Source: an uncultured Candidatus Saccharibacteria bacterium (GTDB taxonomy: Bacteria; Patescibacteriota; Saccharimonadia; UBA4664; CAZJNH01). From it: DNA of 64,000 bases. The notes beneath the pieces were generated by a model, which saw nothing but the letters and a program-made list of their open reading frames with translations, was not told the origin of the DNA and did not search any database. This document shows, one piece after another, positions 9,447 to 18,545 of this stretch. The translations under genes and the position numbers were made by a program. Where the stretch lies: contig CAYZIN010000001.1 in NCBI GenBank assembly GCA_964478595.1, positions 4,294 through 68,293 of the forward strand, given 5' to 3'. Each line of letters begins with the position of its first letter. Position 1 is the first letter of the stretch.

Positions 9447-11467
9447 TTCGCTATGAATTTTACTAGTAAAAGTGCCACGATATTCAAAATTTTGATCATG
9501 GGGTTAATAGCAGGGCCAGCGGTGTCTTTGTACGGATCACCAACCGTGTCACCGGTTACGGCGGCTGCGTGGGCCGGCGAGCCTTTGCCGCCATACAAGC
9601 CAGTTTCGATCAATTTTTTAGCGTTGTCCCAAGCCGCACCACCCGAAGTCATTGAAATCGCGACGAATACACCGGTCACGATACTGCCAACTAGTGCTCC
9701 ACCGATCAGTCGAGCGCCGGCGTCTTGGCCGATGTAGTGGCCAATAACAAGCAGCGCAATCGGAGTTAATACTGGCAACAGCGCCGGGGCAATCATAGCT
9801 TTAATGGCGGCTTTCGTGACAATGTCGACCGCTTTACCGTACTCTGGTTTACCTTTACCGGTCATAATGCCTTTGATCTCTTTAAACTGGCGCCGGACTT
9901 CGTTCACAACCGCACTCCCGGCTTTACCGACGGCCTCCATCGACAGAGCCGCAAAAAAGTAAGGCAGCAACCCGCCGATTAACAAGCCGACTAGAACGTA
10001 GGGGTCGGAGAGTAAGAAATAAATTTGTTTGCCGGCAGTGTAAAGTTCGGCGTTGAAGGTCGAAAAAAGGACGACAGCGGCCAGTCCGGCTGAAGCGATG
10101 GCATAACCTTTGGTGACTGCTTTGGTCGTGTTGCCGACGGCATCCAGAGAGTCAGTTACGGTGCGAACCTTGTTGGGTAACCCACTCATTTCGGCAATGC
10201 CACCAGCGTTGTCGGCAATGGCACCAAAGGCGTCGACAGCTACAACCATGCCAGCCAGTGAAAGCATCGACACGCCAGCAATTGCCACTCCGTAAATGTT
10301 AGCCAGCGCGTAAGAACCCAAAATGCTAGCAGCAATCGCGAGAATCGGCAGAGCGGTCGATTTCATCGAAACCGCCAAGCCGGTGATGATATTGGTACCG
10401 TGACCCGTCTCGGAAGCTGCAGCAATATCTTTGACTGGCTTGAAGTTGGTGCCGGTGTAGTATTCGGTAATTAGCATCATGGCGGCGGTTAGGCCGACGC
10501 CGATGAGACCAGAGTAAAATAGCTGATCTGGAGTGAAGATTCCGTTTTGACCCATAACTTTAAAGGTCACCACGTAGAGCAAACAGCCGGTAACCAGCGC
10601 AGATACCCCCAGGCCTTTGTACATGGCGGGCATGATTTTGCCTTTTTTGCCTGTCTTAACGAAAATAAATCCTACGAGTGAGCCCACGATCGCCGACGCG
10701 CCGATCAGAAGCGGATAAAGAATTACCTCGTTTTTGCCGGGGAAAATCAAAGAACCCAATAAAATTGCGGCAACTAGAGTGATGGCGTAGGTTTCAAATA
10801 AGTCGGCCGCCATTCCGGCAACGTCACCAACGTTATCACCAACATTGTCGGCAATGACCGCCGGATTACGGGGATCGTCTTCGGGAATACCGGCTTCGAC
10901 TTTTCCAACCAGGTCCGCCCCAACATCGGCTCCCTTGGTAAAAATACCGCCACCCAGCCGGGCAAAGACCGAAATCAAGCTAGCGCCAAAGCCTAAACCA
11001 ATAATCGCTTTAAGGTCATGAAAGACTCCCCAAAACCCGCCGACGGCCAACAAACCCAATCCAACCACCAACATGCCGGTCACCGTTGCGGCCTTGAAGG
11101 CAACTCCAAGTGCCGGGTTTACTCCGGATTTGGCGGCTTCGGCCGTGCGCGCGTTGGCCCGAACGGCCACAAACATTCCCAAATACCCGGCTAGAGCCGA
11201 AAAAACCGCACCAATTAAAAAGCCAGCCGCGGTCGGCCAGCCAAAGGCTTTAGCTAAAACCAGCGCCAATACCACCGCAATCGCACCCACTACTCGGTAC
11301 TGTCGATTCAAATAAGCCGCCGCACCTTCCTGAATGGCCGCGGCAATTTGCTTCATTTTGGCATTGCCAGCCGACAGACGGCCAATTGCGAACAGACTGA
11401 ATAGGGAATAAGCAATCGCGACGGCCGCCGCGACGTAAACAGTGGTTAAACTGGTAAAATTAAACAT
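9443..11467 (-). CDS. hppA: membrane-bound proton-translocating pyrophosphatase (H+-PPase)
   Basis: 674 aa polytopic protein with [22 protein letters not shown] and other V-PPase signature segments. Confidence 0.9.
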   Translation of the reverse strand: MFNFTSLTTVYVAAAVAIAYSLFSLFAIGRLSAGNAKMKQIAAAIQEGAAAYLNRQYRVVGAIAVVLALVLAKAFGWPTAAGFLIGAVFSALAGYLGMFVAVRANARTAEAAKSGVNPALGVAFKAATVTGMLVVGLGLLAVGGFWGVFHDLKAIIGLGFGASLISVFARLGGGIFTKGADVGADLVGKVEAGIPEDDPRNPAVIADNVGDNVGDVAGMAADLFETYAITLVAAILLGSLIFPGKNEVILYPLLIGASAIVGSLVGFIFVKTGKKGKIMPAMYKGLGVSALVTGCLLYVVTFKVMGQNGIFTPDQLFYSGLIGVGLTAAMMLITEYYTGTNFKPVKDIAAASETGHGTNIITGLAVSMKSTALPILAIAASILGSYALANIYGVAIAGVSMLSLAGMVVAVDAFGAIADNAGGIAEMSGLPNKVRTVTDSLDAVGNTTKAVTKGYAIASAGLAAVVLFSTFNAELYTAGKQIYFLLSDPYVLVGLLIGGLLPYFFAALSMEAVGKAGSAVVNEVRRQFKEIKGIMTGKGKPEYGKAVDIVTKAAIKAMIAPALLPVLTPIALLVIGHYIGQDAGARLIGGALVGSIVTGVFVAISMTSGGAAWDNAKKLIETGLYGGKGSPAHAAAVTGDTVGDPYKDTAGPAINPMIKILNIVALLLVKFIAK

Positions 11468-11507
11468 TTATTGAATGGTAGAAAATATCTATGGCAATTT
11501 AGCACGA

Positions 11508-12431
11508 CTACTGCTGATGGGCAAGATATTCACGGATGAGTAGCGCTGCGGTCACACCTTCGCCAACAGCGCTGGCGATCTGAAAAGTTGAACCGGAGCG
11601 AACGTCTCCCGCACAAAACACGCCCGGTAGCGCAGTTTGGAATTTGGCGTCGGTAATTACAAATCCTCGTTCATCCAGTTTGACTTGGCCTTTTAGCCAG
11701 TCGGTGTTGGGTACCAGCCCAATAAAAATGAAAACGCCGTCTACCCCCAGCGGGCTTTCTTTGCCTGTTTTATCTTTTACGGTGACCGACTCGAGCATCT
11801 TTTCGCCGGCCAGTTTAGTGATTTCGGTCTGGAAATGAATGGTAATTTTCGGTTCAGCGTTAACTCGTTCGATTAAAACCTGGCTACCTTTTAAAGCCGG
11901 CCCGCGGACCAATAAATCAACGTGGGTAGCGAATTTGGTTAAAAATAACCCCTCTTGCAGCGCCGAATTCCCGCCGCCAACCACGGCCAAGCGCTTGCCG
12001 TGATAAATCGGCCCGTCACAGGTAGCGCAGTAGTGAATACCCTTGCCGGTTAGCTCGATTTCATTCGGCAAACCCAACCGACGGTAATGATTGCCAGTCG
12101 CAATTAACACTGCCTTAGCCAGATACGACTCGGACTTGGTTTGAATTTCGACTCCCTCGCCTCCCGACTTTAGCGAGAAAACCTCGCTGCCAGTGACAAT
12201 CTCGGCGCCGAATTTTTGGGCTTGTTTCATTAATTGCTCGCCCAGCTCCGGCCCGGCAATACCGTCGGGAAAACCCGGATAGTTTTCGATGATGGCGGTT
12301 TGAGAGACCAGCCCGCCGGCAATCACGTCGCGTTCCAATACTACGGTTGAAATATCTTCGCGCGCAGTATAAACGGCAGCAGCTAGCCCCGTGGGCCCAG
12401 CCCCGATTATCGCCAGATCCGTTGGCTTCAC
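11508..12431 (-). CDS. trxB: thioredoxin-disulfide reductase
   Basis: 307 aa; FAD-binding GAGPTG N-terminus, redox-active CATCDG, NAD(P)-binding GGGNSA. Confidence 0.9.
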   Translation of the reverse strand: MKPTDLAIIGAGPTGLAAAVYTAREDISTVVLERDVIAGGLVSQTAIIENYPGFPDGIAGPELGEQLMKQAQKFGAEIVTGSEVFSLKSGGEGVEIQTKSESYLAKAVLIATGNHYRRLGLPNEIELTGKGIHYCATCDGPIYHGKRLAVVGGGNSALQEGLFLTKFATHVDLLVRGPALKGSQVLIERVNAEPKITIHFQTEITKLAGEKMLESVTVKDKTGKESPLGVDGVFIFIGLVPNTDWLKGQVKLDERGFVITDAKFQTALPGVFCAGDVRSGSTFQIASAVGEGVTAALLIREYLAHQQ

Positions 12432-12712
12432 GCTAGGTCTAAGCTCTTGGTCAAACGATCCTGATCAAAACCTAAAATTCCTTCAGCCGAACCATTCTCG
12501 TGGGTAATGACGGTAAAAGGCACGCCCATTTGGCCCGACAAACGAATCATTTCTTCGGCTTGAGCGGCGTCGGCGTCAACGTGAGCCTCCTCATACTTAA
12601 CGCCCTTCGAATCTAAAAACGCCTTTTCGGCGCGACAGTAAGCGCAGGTTGCTGTGGTGTAAATCTTAACTTTAGCCATTACCTCTATTCTAACAAATCG
12701 TGCAAACGCCAA
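12428..12712 (-). CDS. glutaredoxin-like protein (NrdH/glutaredoxin family)
   Basis: 94 aa; CAYC redox motif in thioredoxin-fold context; 4-nt overlap with trxB. Confidence 0.7.
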   Translation of the reverse strand: MAFARFVRIEVMAKVKIYTTATCAYCRAEKAFLDSKGVKYEEAHVDADAAQAEEMIRLSGQMGVPFTVITHENGSAEGILGFDQDRLTKSLDLA

Positions 12713-13734
12713 AACCGGCCGGGAGATGTTTCCCCGACCGGTCTTCGCCGGCTTCGGCGTTGGTACGTCATGAGTATGAGGTAGTTCGTCAGCAGCAAAC
12801 CAATTGCGATGACGGTGAGCGGCTTAGATTTCGAGGCCGCGTGATGGGCCATCAACTTCGCCGGTCGGCTGAGCCTACGCGGCAACACCACACCGCCGGT
12901 GAGGGCATTGGCGGGAGGCGCTTGGACCCTTGCCTCAACTCCGGTCGCAGACTTCGGGCTCGGAACAACCGCCAGAATACTCGACAAAGGTCGCTCGAGA
13001 TTGGCCTTCACAACTGGCCCGACTCCAACTAGCCCTTCGACTAGCTTCATGCGGCCACCGACCTTCGCCAGACCGTTGCTCGGTTTCGAAACAACTTGCC
13101 CGGCAGCAACCATCTCGGATGAACCACCGCCGTCGAAGTTGACCGCCGTATAGCAACCAAGTTGCCGAGTAAGCGCCCTGGCCTCCGCCAAGGTGGCTCC
13201 CGGACTACCAGGTTGCCGACCGTCGACGACCACCAAAAGCAAGTCGCCGTTTTGGCGCTTGCAGGCAATGGTCCTAGGTTCCCGTTTCGTGCTGAAAAGG
13301 TCGTCTGGCAGAGTCGGCAAACGATCTTGGGGCTTGTTGGCCGTTTGATCGATCAATGTAACCGCTCCAGGTCCAATTCCGGGAACGTTAAAGCCAAGCA
13401 TCTGCTTCACAACCGGGTGAGTGCCCGCGATCGGTACCCCCGTTGACCGATTAAAGAACCCAGCGTTGACCGCCAATAAGCAATGGCTTTCTCGGCAAAT
13501 CTGGCTAGCAGTTTTCTTGCCGGCGCCAGACAGCACCTTCAGTTTGACCGGCGCCGATCCCGAAACGGCCGCCACGTGCACCAGGTTGGGGTGCCCTATG
13601 GCAGAAGTCTTCAGGTCGAACATGCTTACGCCAGGCCCCAGAACTCGTCCCGGAACCGTTTGAGCAGCTTCGGCCGACAGCGCAACTGCCTGCCAGCCCA
13701 AAACCACTAGCAAAATCAAGCTCCGTTTGAGCAC
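12685..13734 (-). CDS. secreted phosphodiester glycosidase family (NAGPA-like) protein
   Basis: 349 aa; signal peptide; NFDGGGSS motif typical of the phosphodiester glycosidase domain; markedly GC-rich coding sequence. Confidence 0.55.
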   Translation of the reverse strand: MLKRSLILLVVLGWQAVALSAEAAQTVPGRVLGPGVSMFDLKTSAIGHPNLVHVAAVSGSAPVKLKVLSGAGKKTASQICRESHCLLAVNAGFFNRSTGVPIAGTHPVVKQMLGFNVPGIGPGAVTLIDQTANKPQDRLPTLPDDLFSTKREPRTIACKRQNGDLLLVVVDGRQPGSPGATLAEARALTRQLGCYTAVNFDGGGSSEMVAAGQVVSKPSNGLAKVGGRMKLVEGLVGVGPVVKANLERPLSSILAVVPSPKSATGVEARVQAPPANALTGGVVLPRRLSRPAKLMAHHAASKSKPLTVIAIGLLLTNYLILMTYQRRSRRRPVGETSPGRFWRLHDLLE

Positions 13735-13825
13735 CTCTACCTCCTCAAGGTACTACTCCCCCATCCGTCAATTTTTACTATATACCTCTTATGCTTAGTG
13801 TCCACAAATTGAACCATAAGAACTA

Positions 13826-13854
13826 TTGACAAACCAGGAGTAAGATGATAGAAT
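13826..13854 (+). promoter_or_regulatory. sigma70-like promoter (TTGACA - 17 nt - TAGAAT) for the zinc-ribbon gene
   Basis: ttgacaaaccaggagtaagatgatagaat located about 45 nt upstream of the ATG at 13900, in an AT-rich spacer following GC-rich DNA. Confidence 0.55.
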
Positions 13855-13899
13855 GGTGCGCATCCGTAAGGAGTACAGCCCTACAATCTAAGGAGACAA

Positions 13900-14331
13900 A
13901 TGATCTGCTTCAAGTGTGAAGCGGAAGTCGACCCCGAAGCCGAGTGCTGCTGGAATTGCGGCACCGAGGCTGAGGAGATCAAGCACAACGCAGCGCGAAT
14001 CGAGTGGCATGAGCGCCAGCTCGAGCTGCAAGGCGAGGACTTCCTCACCGACCAGAAGCAACCGGTCTACGCCTTCGTCTATATCACCGTCCAGTACGGC
14101 GACTTCGACGAAGTAGACTTCCGCTTTTCGTCGGTTCTCTGGGATGCCGCGCACATAGATGATGACGTCGCCACTCAAAACGCCATCATCGGTAAGTACA
14201 AAGGCATCCTGGCCGGACACCTGCGCAAGAAGTTTAAGCAGGAGCCTCGGCTGCCGACAATCAAGTGGTTGGACTTTCTGGATGCTATCACCAGCCTCCG
14301 AGATCCACGCATTACCGCTCCTTCGACCTAA
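13900..14331 (+). CDS. zinc-ribbon-containing hypothetical protein
   Basis: 143 aa; N-terminal CxxC-x16-CxxC (CFKCE...CWNCG); own promoter and terminator; GC-rich codon usage (G/C third positions). Confidence 0.6.
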   Translation: MICFKCEAEVDPEAECCWNCGTEAEEIKHNAARIEWHERQLELQGEDFLTDQKQPVYAFVYITVQYGDFDEVDFRFSSVLWDAAHIDDDVATQNAIIGKYKGILAGHLRKKFKQEPRLPTIKWLDFLDAITSLRDPRITAPST

Positions 14332-14334
14332 CGG

Positions 14335-14381
14335 CCCCAGAAACAGCTTCAGCGCGAAGCCAGTTTCTGGGGTTTCGTGCG
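14335..14381 (+). terminator. rho-independent terminator
   Basis: Perfect 10-bp stem CCCCAGAAAC / GTTTCTGGGG (14335..14344 and 14363..14372) with 18-nt loop, followed by T-rich tract tttcgtgcgtttatgggtttattttt. Confidence 0.7.
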
Positions 14382-14452
14382 TTTATGGGTTTATTTTTAC
14401 GTCAAAATCTGTTATTTTGTACTGCTCGGTTTCGAACCACGATCTTTGAGAG

Positions 14453-15646
14453 GTGAATATGCATCGTGATCCCAAACCGGCCGGAAAGTTTCTGGCTGGC
14501 CAGCGTTTCATGAACGAAGATGACCCGGAGTTGGTGTGGCGGATGATAAGTTTGACTGTCCGCGGCATCAACTGGTACGCCATTTGGAGCGTTGGGCTGG
14601 CGGTGAACCTGCCGAAAGCTGGCGAGATCATCGTCCCTCAGCTGGGCAACAAGCGGCGCTACAAGCGCCCCGACCGCCCAGTTCGTTCTACCGATGAAGT
14701 ACCAACTCAGGCGGAGCGGCGCACCTACACCTGCGACACTCTGCGGCGAAAACTCGAGGTCCACGTTCCGGGCAACCTCGAACGCTCGCAGGCGGAGATC
14801 GAATACCAGGTGGAGGATTTTCGAAATGCCGCCGAAGCTGCCGCCCACGGGAAAGATCTGTCAGCCGAGGAACGTGAATACTATGCGTTCCGGCTGGGCG
14901 AAGATGCCAAAGCGCTCAGCGGCAAGCACAGTCCCTACTTAATGTCGGCCGCCGAGCGAGCTGAGGATGCCAAGGACTTCACCGACTCTCTCTCTCGTTA
15001 CAACCCGCAAGCCTCCGGTTTGAAGTTGCAGGCGGGGGAGCGTAACTTGGGTGCCCAGAGCGATCAGAACGAAAAGTCGAGGCGGGCCAACAGCAAACAA
15101 CGGCTGGCGCTTCGGGAATACGATGAGTTCATGCAAGCCACTCGGGCACAGGTGCGTTTGATTTTGCACCAGCCGCCAAGTCAGAAACTTAGCGAGAACC
15201 TGCGAAACTGGATCGGTCAGTTGGCGACTAAGCCCGACTACTTCGCGGCCAACTACATCGAAGCGTTGCTTGACCGCGATCCGCTGTCGGAAGATAGCTA
15301 CTCCCGCGGTCGACGAGTGCTGGTGGCCGAAGAGGGTTGGAGCTTGGTTGAGGAGATGATGTCCCAACTCAAGCGTCAGCCAGAACTCTACCGAAGCTAC
15401 CAGCTCAAGCTGCCGGACCTGCTGAATCAGATTGAGCAGCTTGGCTTGCCGCCGCACCGCAGATTGGTTGAGGAAGTTCGGCCGTACATTCGGAAGCTGG
15501 GTGAGGCGTTTATGGCGCCAAACGATGAGTTGCGCCTAAAGCTGATGAAGCGATCAGCCGAAAAAGTTCTAGCGGTCTTAAGGGACCGCGTCGAACCAAT
15601 TTGGCTGCCCGCACGGTTGCATCACCTAGCCGGTCTGCCGGTCTAG
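14453..15646 (+). CDS. hypothetical protein (397 aa), highly charged/alpha-helical
   Basis: Long GC-rich ORF with GAGGTG RBS 6 nt upstream; no motif I recognise; followed by a strong bidirectional terminator. Confidence 0.6.
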   Translation: MNMHRDPKPAGKFLAGQRFMNEDDPELVWRMISLTVRGINWYAIWSVGLAVNLPKAGEIIVPQLGNKRRYKRPDRPVRSTDEVPTQAERRTYTCDTLRRKLEVHVPGNLERSQAEIEYQVEDFRNAAEAAAHGKDLSAEEREYYAFRLGEDAKALSGKHSPYLMSAAERAEDAKDFTDSLSRYNPQASGLKLQAGERNLGAQSDQNEKSRRANSKQRLALREYDEFMQATRAQVRLILHQPPSQKLSENLRNWIGQLATKPDYFAANYIEALLDRDPLSEDSYSRGRRVLVAEEGWSLVEEMMSQLKRQPELYRSYQLKLPDLLNQIEQLGLPPHRRLVEEVRPYIRKLGEAFMAPNDELRLKLMKRSAEKVLAVLRDRVEPIWLPARLHHLAGLPV

Positions 15647-15656
15647 TTCGAAACCG

Positions 15657-15688
15657 AAAAGGCCTCCGCACATGCGGGGGCCTTTTCT
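15657..15688. terminator. bidirectional rho-independent terminator
   Basis: aaaa GGCCTCCGCA ca TGCGGGGGCC tttt: 10-bp stem (one G.U) flanked by A-run and T-run, between convergent genes. Confidence 0.75.
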
Positions 15689-15703
15689 CATTCTTAGCTC
15701 TGA

Positions 15704-15892
15704 TTACATCTGGGTCGGAGCTGGCGGAGTCGTACCGTCAGCGGGGTGTTCTTCCGGAGCAGCTGGAGCCGCCGGGTCGACTGGAGCAGCCGGAGCCGGT
15801 GCGCCACCCATGTCGGGGGCTGGAGTTACCGGAGCGTCGGTGGTCGGCTCGCTACCGGGTGTCGGGGTCGGGGTCGGGTTCATTGGATCCAT
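15704..15892 (-). CDS. small Pro/Ala/Thr-rich (low-complexity) hypothetical protein
   Basis: 62 aa MDPMNPTPTPTPGSEPTTDAPVTPAP...; ATG with GGA-containing upstream; ends at the shared terminator. The opposite-strand Gly/Ala-rich ORF 15672..15938 is the alternative reading; the call is uncertain. Confidence 0.3.
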   Translation of the reverse strand: MDPMNPTPTPTPGSEPTTDAPVTPAPDMGGAPAPAAPVDPAAPAAPEEHPADGTTPPAPTQM

Positions 15893-15953
15893 AATTTCTA
15901 GGTCCTTTCGTTATTATTTACCGTTGTGCCTAGCATAATATCAAGCCGGCTAT

Positions 15954-16523
15954 CTAGTCAACTCGAAGCAAAAATTGGCGCAAGGCCTCCGGATAAAGCT
16001 TACGCTCAAAAACTTTAATTCTCTCATGTAAAGTTTCTTCGGTGTCGCCGGGTTTAACCTCAACGCAAGCCTGGGCCAAAATTTCGCCCTCATCTACTTC
16101 TAGGTTGGCCACATGAATTGTCGTCCCGGTTATTTTTACGCCCATAGCTAGTGCGTCGCGGACGGCATGGCCACCTTTAAACGATGGCAGCAGGGCTGGG
16201 TGGGAATTTAGGATTTTGCCCGGGAAAGCGTCGAAAATTTCTTGAGATAACACGGTCATAAAGCCGGCCATGGCCACCACATCAACATTGTATTTTTGGA
16301 GTGCTTCAACCATTTGATGAGTATAGCCGGGACGATCAAAGTCTTTTTTAAAGCTTTCGCGTTTTACTAGCTCGGTTGCAATGCCGCCTTTTTCGGCAAT
16401 TTCCAAACCCCGACACTCCCGATCGGCCGCCACAACCGCAACTTCGATTCCGTCCTGAATCATCGCTTCCAGCAGCGTGCCGCTGCCAGATACCAATACC
16501 GCGAGTGTTTGTTGCTTTGCCAT
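15954..16523 (-). CDS. purN: phosphoribosylglycinamide formyltransferase
   Basis: 189 aa; LAVLVSGSGTLLEAMIQ N-terminus and formyltransferase catalytic-segment residues (NSHPALLPSFKG). Confidence 0.85.
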   Translation of the reverse strand: MAKQQTLAVLVSGSGTLLEAMIQDGIEVAVVAADRECRGLEIAEKGGIATELVKRESFKKDFDRPGYTHQMVEALQKYNVDVVAMAGFMTVLSQEIFDAFPGKILNSHPALLPSFKGGHAVRDALAMGVKITGTTIHVANLEVDEGEILAQACVEVKPGDTEETLHERIKVFERKLYPEALRQFLLRVD

Positions 16524-16605
16524 AGAGTTTTATCATACAGTGAGAAGCGAGAAATCTGTACCGCAATCTTGAATAAGCTTTAGGATTATGGTATAGTATC
16601 CAGCC

Positions 16606-17532
16606 ATGTTTAAACCTAAACAGCCTAAATTATCGGTGGTGATTCCGGCTTACAACGAGCAGGATTATATTGGCCGGACTTTAAAATCCCTAAAGGAGCA
16701 AAGCTTTAGGAATTTTGAGGTGATTGTGGTTGATAACAATTCGACGGATCAAACCGCCTCTATCGCCAAAGCAGCGGGAGCCCGAGTACTTAGTGAAAAG
16801 CAGCCAGGAGTTTGTCCGGCCCGCCAAACCGGAACTAAGGCTGCCAAGGGGGCAATCGTGGTGTCGACCGATGCCGATACGACTTTTCCGAAGCAGTGGC
16901 TAACCCGCATCGATGCCGTATTTGCCGCTAACCCCACCGCCACGTTAGTTGCCGGTCCGTTTGAGTTTGTTGATCCGCCCAAAACGATCGCCAAGATTTA
17001 TGAGTTGGCGGTCAAGGCCAGTAAAAAATTTTATGAGCGAACCGGCCGCATTTTCGATGCCGGTGCCTGTAACCTAGCCTTTCGCAAAACCGCCTGGGAA
17101 AAAATCGGCGGATATAACACCAAACTGACCCAAGGCGGTGACCAAATTGACTTTATCCGGCGCCTCCAACCGCTCGGCCCGCAAGTCGCCCTGTTCGACA
17201 ACCGGGTCAAAACCTCTAGCCGCCGGGCCAACCGCGGGACATTCTATTCATTGGTGATAACAATGGGTTTGTATTATTTTGCCGACTATTTCATTGGCCG
17301 GTTGGTTGGCCGGAGTCTGCTGGGAAGTTATAAGCCGATCCGGACTGAACAGCCTTCTAAGCTAGTCAAATTCGGTTTCTACTCGCTTTATTTGCTCGGC
17401 TTTTTACTTTTGCCCTATGCCGTGGTGACACATACCGCACTGGCACGAACCGCACAGGTCCAGCGGGTAGCTCGCGACATCCACCGCCTGCGAACCGACG
17501 TTCATATTCCTCGCCGGCATCGCGTCCAATGA
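16606..17532 (+). CDS. family 2 glycosyltransferase
   Basis: 308 aa; VVIPAYNEQDYIGRTL...VIVVDNNSTDQT GT2 signature, DAD motif; C-terminal TM segments. Confidence 0.8.
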   Translation: MFKPKQPKLSVVIPAYNEQDYIGRTLKSLKEQSFRNFEVIVVDNNSTDQTASIAKAAGARVLSEKQPGVCPARQTGTKAAKGAIVVSTDADTTFPKQWLTRIDAVFAANPTATLVAGPFEFVDPPKTIAKIYELAVKASKKFYERTGRIFDAGACNLAFRKTAWEKIGGYNTKLTQGGDQIDFIRRLQPLGPQVALFDNRVKTSSRRANRGTFYSLVITMGLYYFADYFIGRLVGRSLLGSYKPIRTEQPSKLVKFGFYSLYLLGFLLLPYAVVTHTALARTAQVQRVARDIHRLRTDVHIPRRHRVQ

Positions 17533-18110
17533 AGCAAATAGCCCTAACCTTTGACGACGGTCCTAATCCACCCTACACCACCGAACTGCTTAAAGTTTTA
17601 GCCAAACACCAGGTCAAAGCGGCTTTTTTTGTGGTAGGCCAAAATGCCCGGAAGCACCCGGAAGTGGTTAAAGACATTGCGGGGGCTGGTCACTTAGTCG
17701 GTCCTCATTCGATGCATCATCGGTTTAGAGATTATTTTTGGCCGGGGTACTTCGAGCGCGAGGTTGACCCAACAATCGAAATTATTACTAAATTAACTGG
17801 TCAGGCACCAACATATGCCCGCAACCCCTGGCTGTTTCCCCTGCCTGGCTTAAAACGCCAACTGGCAAAACGCGAGCTGAGTTTAACTTCTGGAACCTTT
17901 GGTAATCGAATCGAGATCTTTCAGCCCTCCGCGCTAGGGATAGCCAAAGCCGCGGCCAGGCGAGCCAAAGACGGCCAAATTCTAATTTTTCACGACGGTT
18001 ATAACGGCAAAGGCGGCCGGCGAGACCAAACAGTAGAGGCTGTCGACTTGCTAATTCCAAAGCTCCAGCAGCAGGGGTTTAAGCTAGTCCGGCTAGACGA
18101 GTTAATCTAA
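17529..18110 (+). CDS. polysaccharide deacetylase (NodB-type, CE4)
   Basis: 193 aa; LTFDDGPNPPYT and HSMHH motifs; 4-nt overlap with the GT2 gene (operon). Confidence 0.8.
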   Translation: MKQIALTFDDGPNPPYTTELLKVLAKHQVKAAFFVVGQNARKHPEVVKDIAGAGHLVGPHSMHHRFRDYFWPGYFEREVDPTIEIITKLTGQAPTYARNPWLFPLPGLKRQLAKRELSLTSGTFGNRIEIFQPSALGIAKAAARRAKDGQILIFHDGYNGKGGRRDQTVEAVDLLIPKLQQQGFKLVRLDELI

Positions 18111-18140
18111 TCATTAGTATAATGCCCGCAAAGGAGATCC

Positions 18141-18545
18141 ATGTTGGCTCAACCACAAGTAGTGCTGCTAGTCGAAGACGACCCTAATATTCAAGAAATT
18201 TACGCCACGATCCTAAAAAGCGGCGGCTATAACGTGACCAGCGTCGTGACTGGCGATGAGGCTATAGCCAAAATCGAAGAACACAAGCCAGAATTCTTGC
18301 TGCTGGATTTGATGATTCCAGGAATTTCCGGGATCGAAGTGCTAAAAAAACTCCGCACCGATCCCAAGCTTTTAGCCCTCAAACCCCAACCAAAAGTTGT
18401 TGTGGTAACAAATGTCGCCGACCTTAATGTTAAAGCTGAGGCCCAAAAGTTGGGTGTCGAGCGCTATATCATCAAAGCCGAGATCTCAGCCGGTGATTTG
18501 CCTAACGTCTTAAAAGAATTAAGCGCTACTAAGCCCGCCGCCTAA
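18141..18545 (+). CDS. stand-alone response-regulator receiver (REC/CheY-like) domain protein
   Basis: 134 aa; VLLVEDDPNIQE...LLLDLMIPGISGIEVLKKLR with conserved Asp pocket; no output domain. Confidence 0.75.
   Translation: MLAQPQVVLLVEDDPNIQEIYATILKSGGYNVTSVVTGDEAIAKIEEHKPEFLLLDLMIPGISGIEVLKKLRTDPKLLALKPQPKVVVVTNVADLNVKAEAQKLGVERYIIKAEISAGDLPNVLKELSATKPAA

Noticed and set aside
10110-11315. Several 60-80-aa plus-strand ORFs inside the H+-PPase gene
   Set aside because: They lie embedded antisense within a confidently identified 674-aa gene. This is typical GC-skewed shadow ORFs.
13888-14220. 110-aa minus-strand ORF overlapping the zinc-ribbon gene
   Set aside because: Antisense shadow of a GC-rich gene. 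The plus-strand gene has a consensus promoter, RBS spacing and terminator; the minus ORF has none.
15672-15938. Plus-strand Gly/Ala-rich 88-aa ORF
   Set aside because: Mirror-frame shadow of the minus-strand Pro/Ala-rich ORF in GC-rich DNA. It reads through the terminator hairpin, so I reported only the minus-strand candidate, at low confidence.
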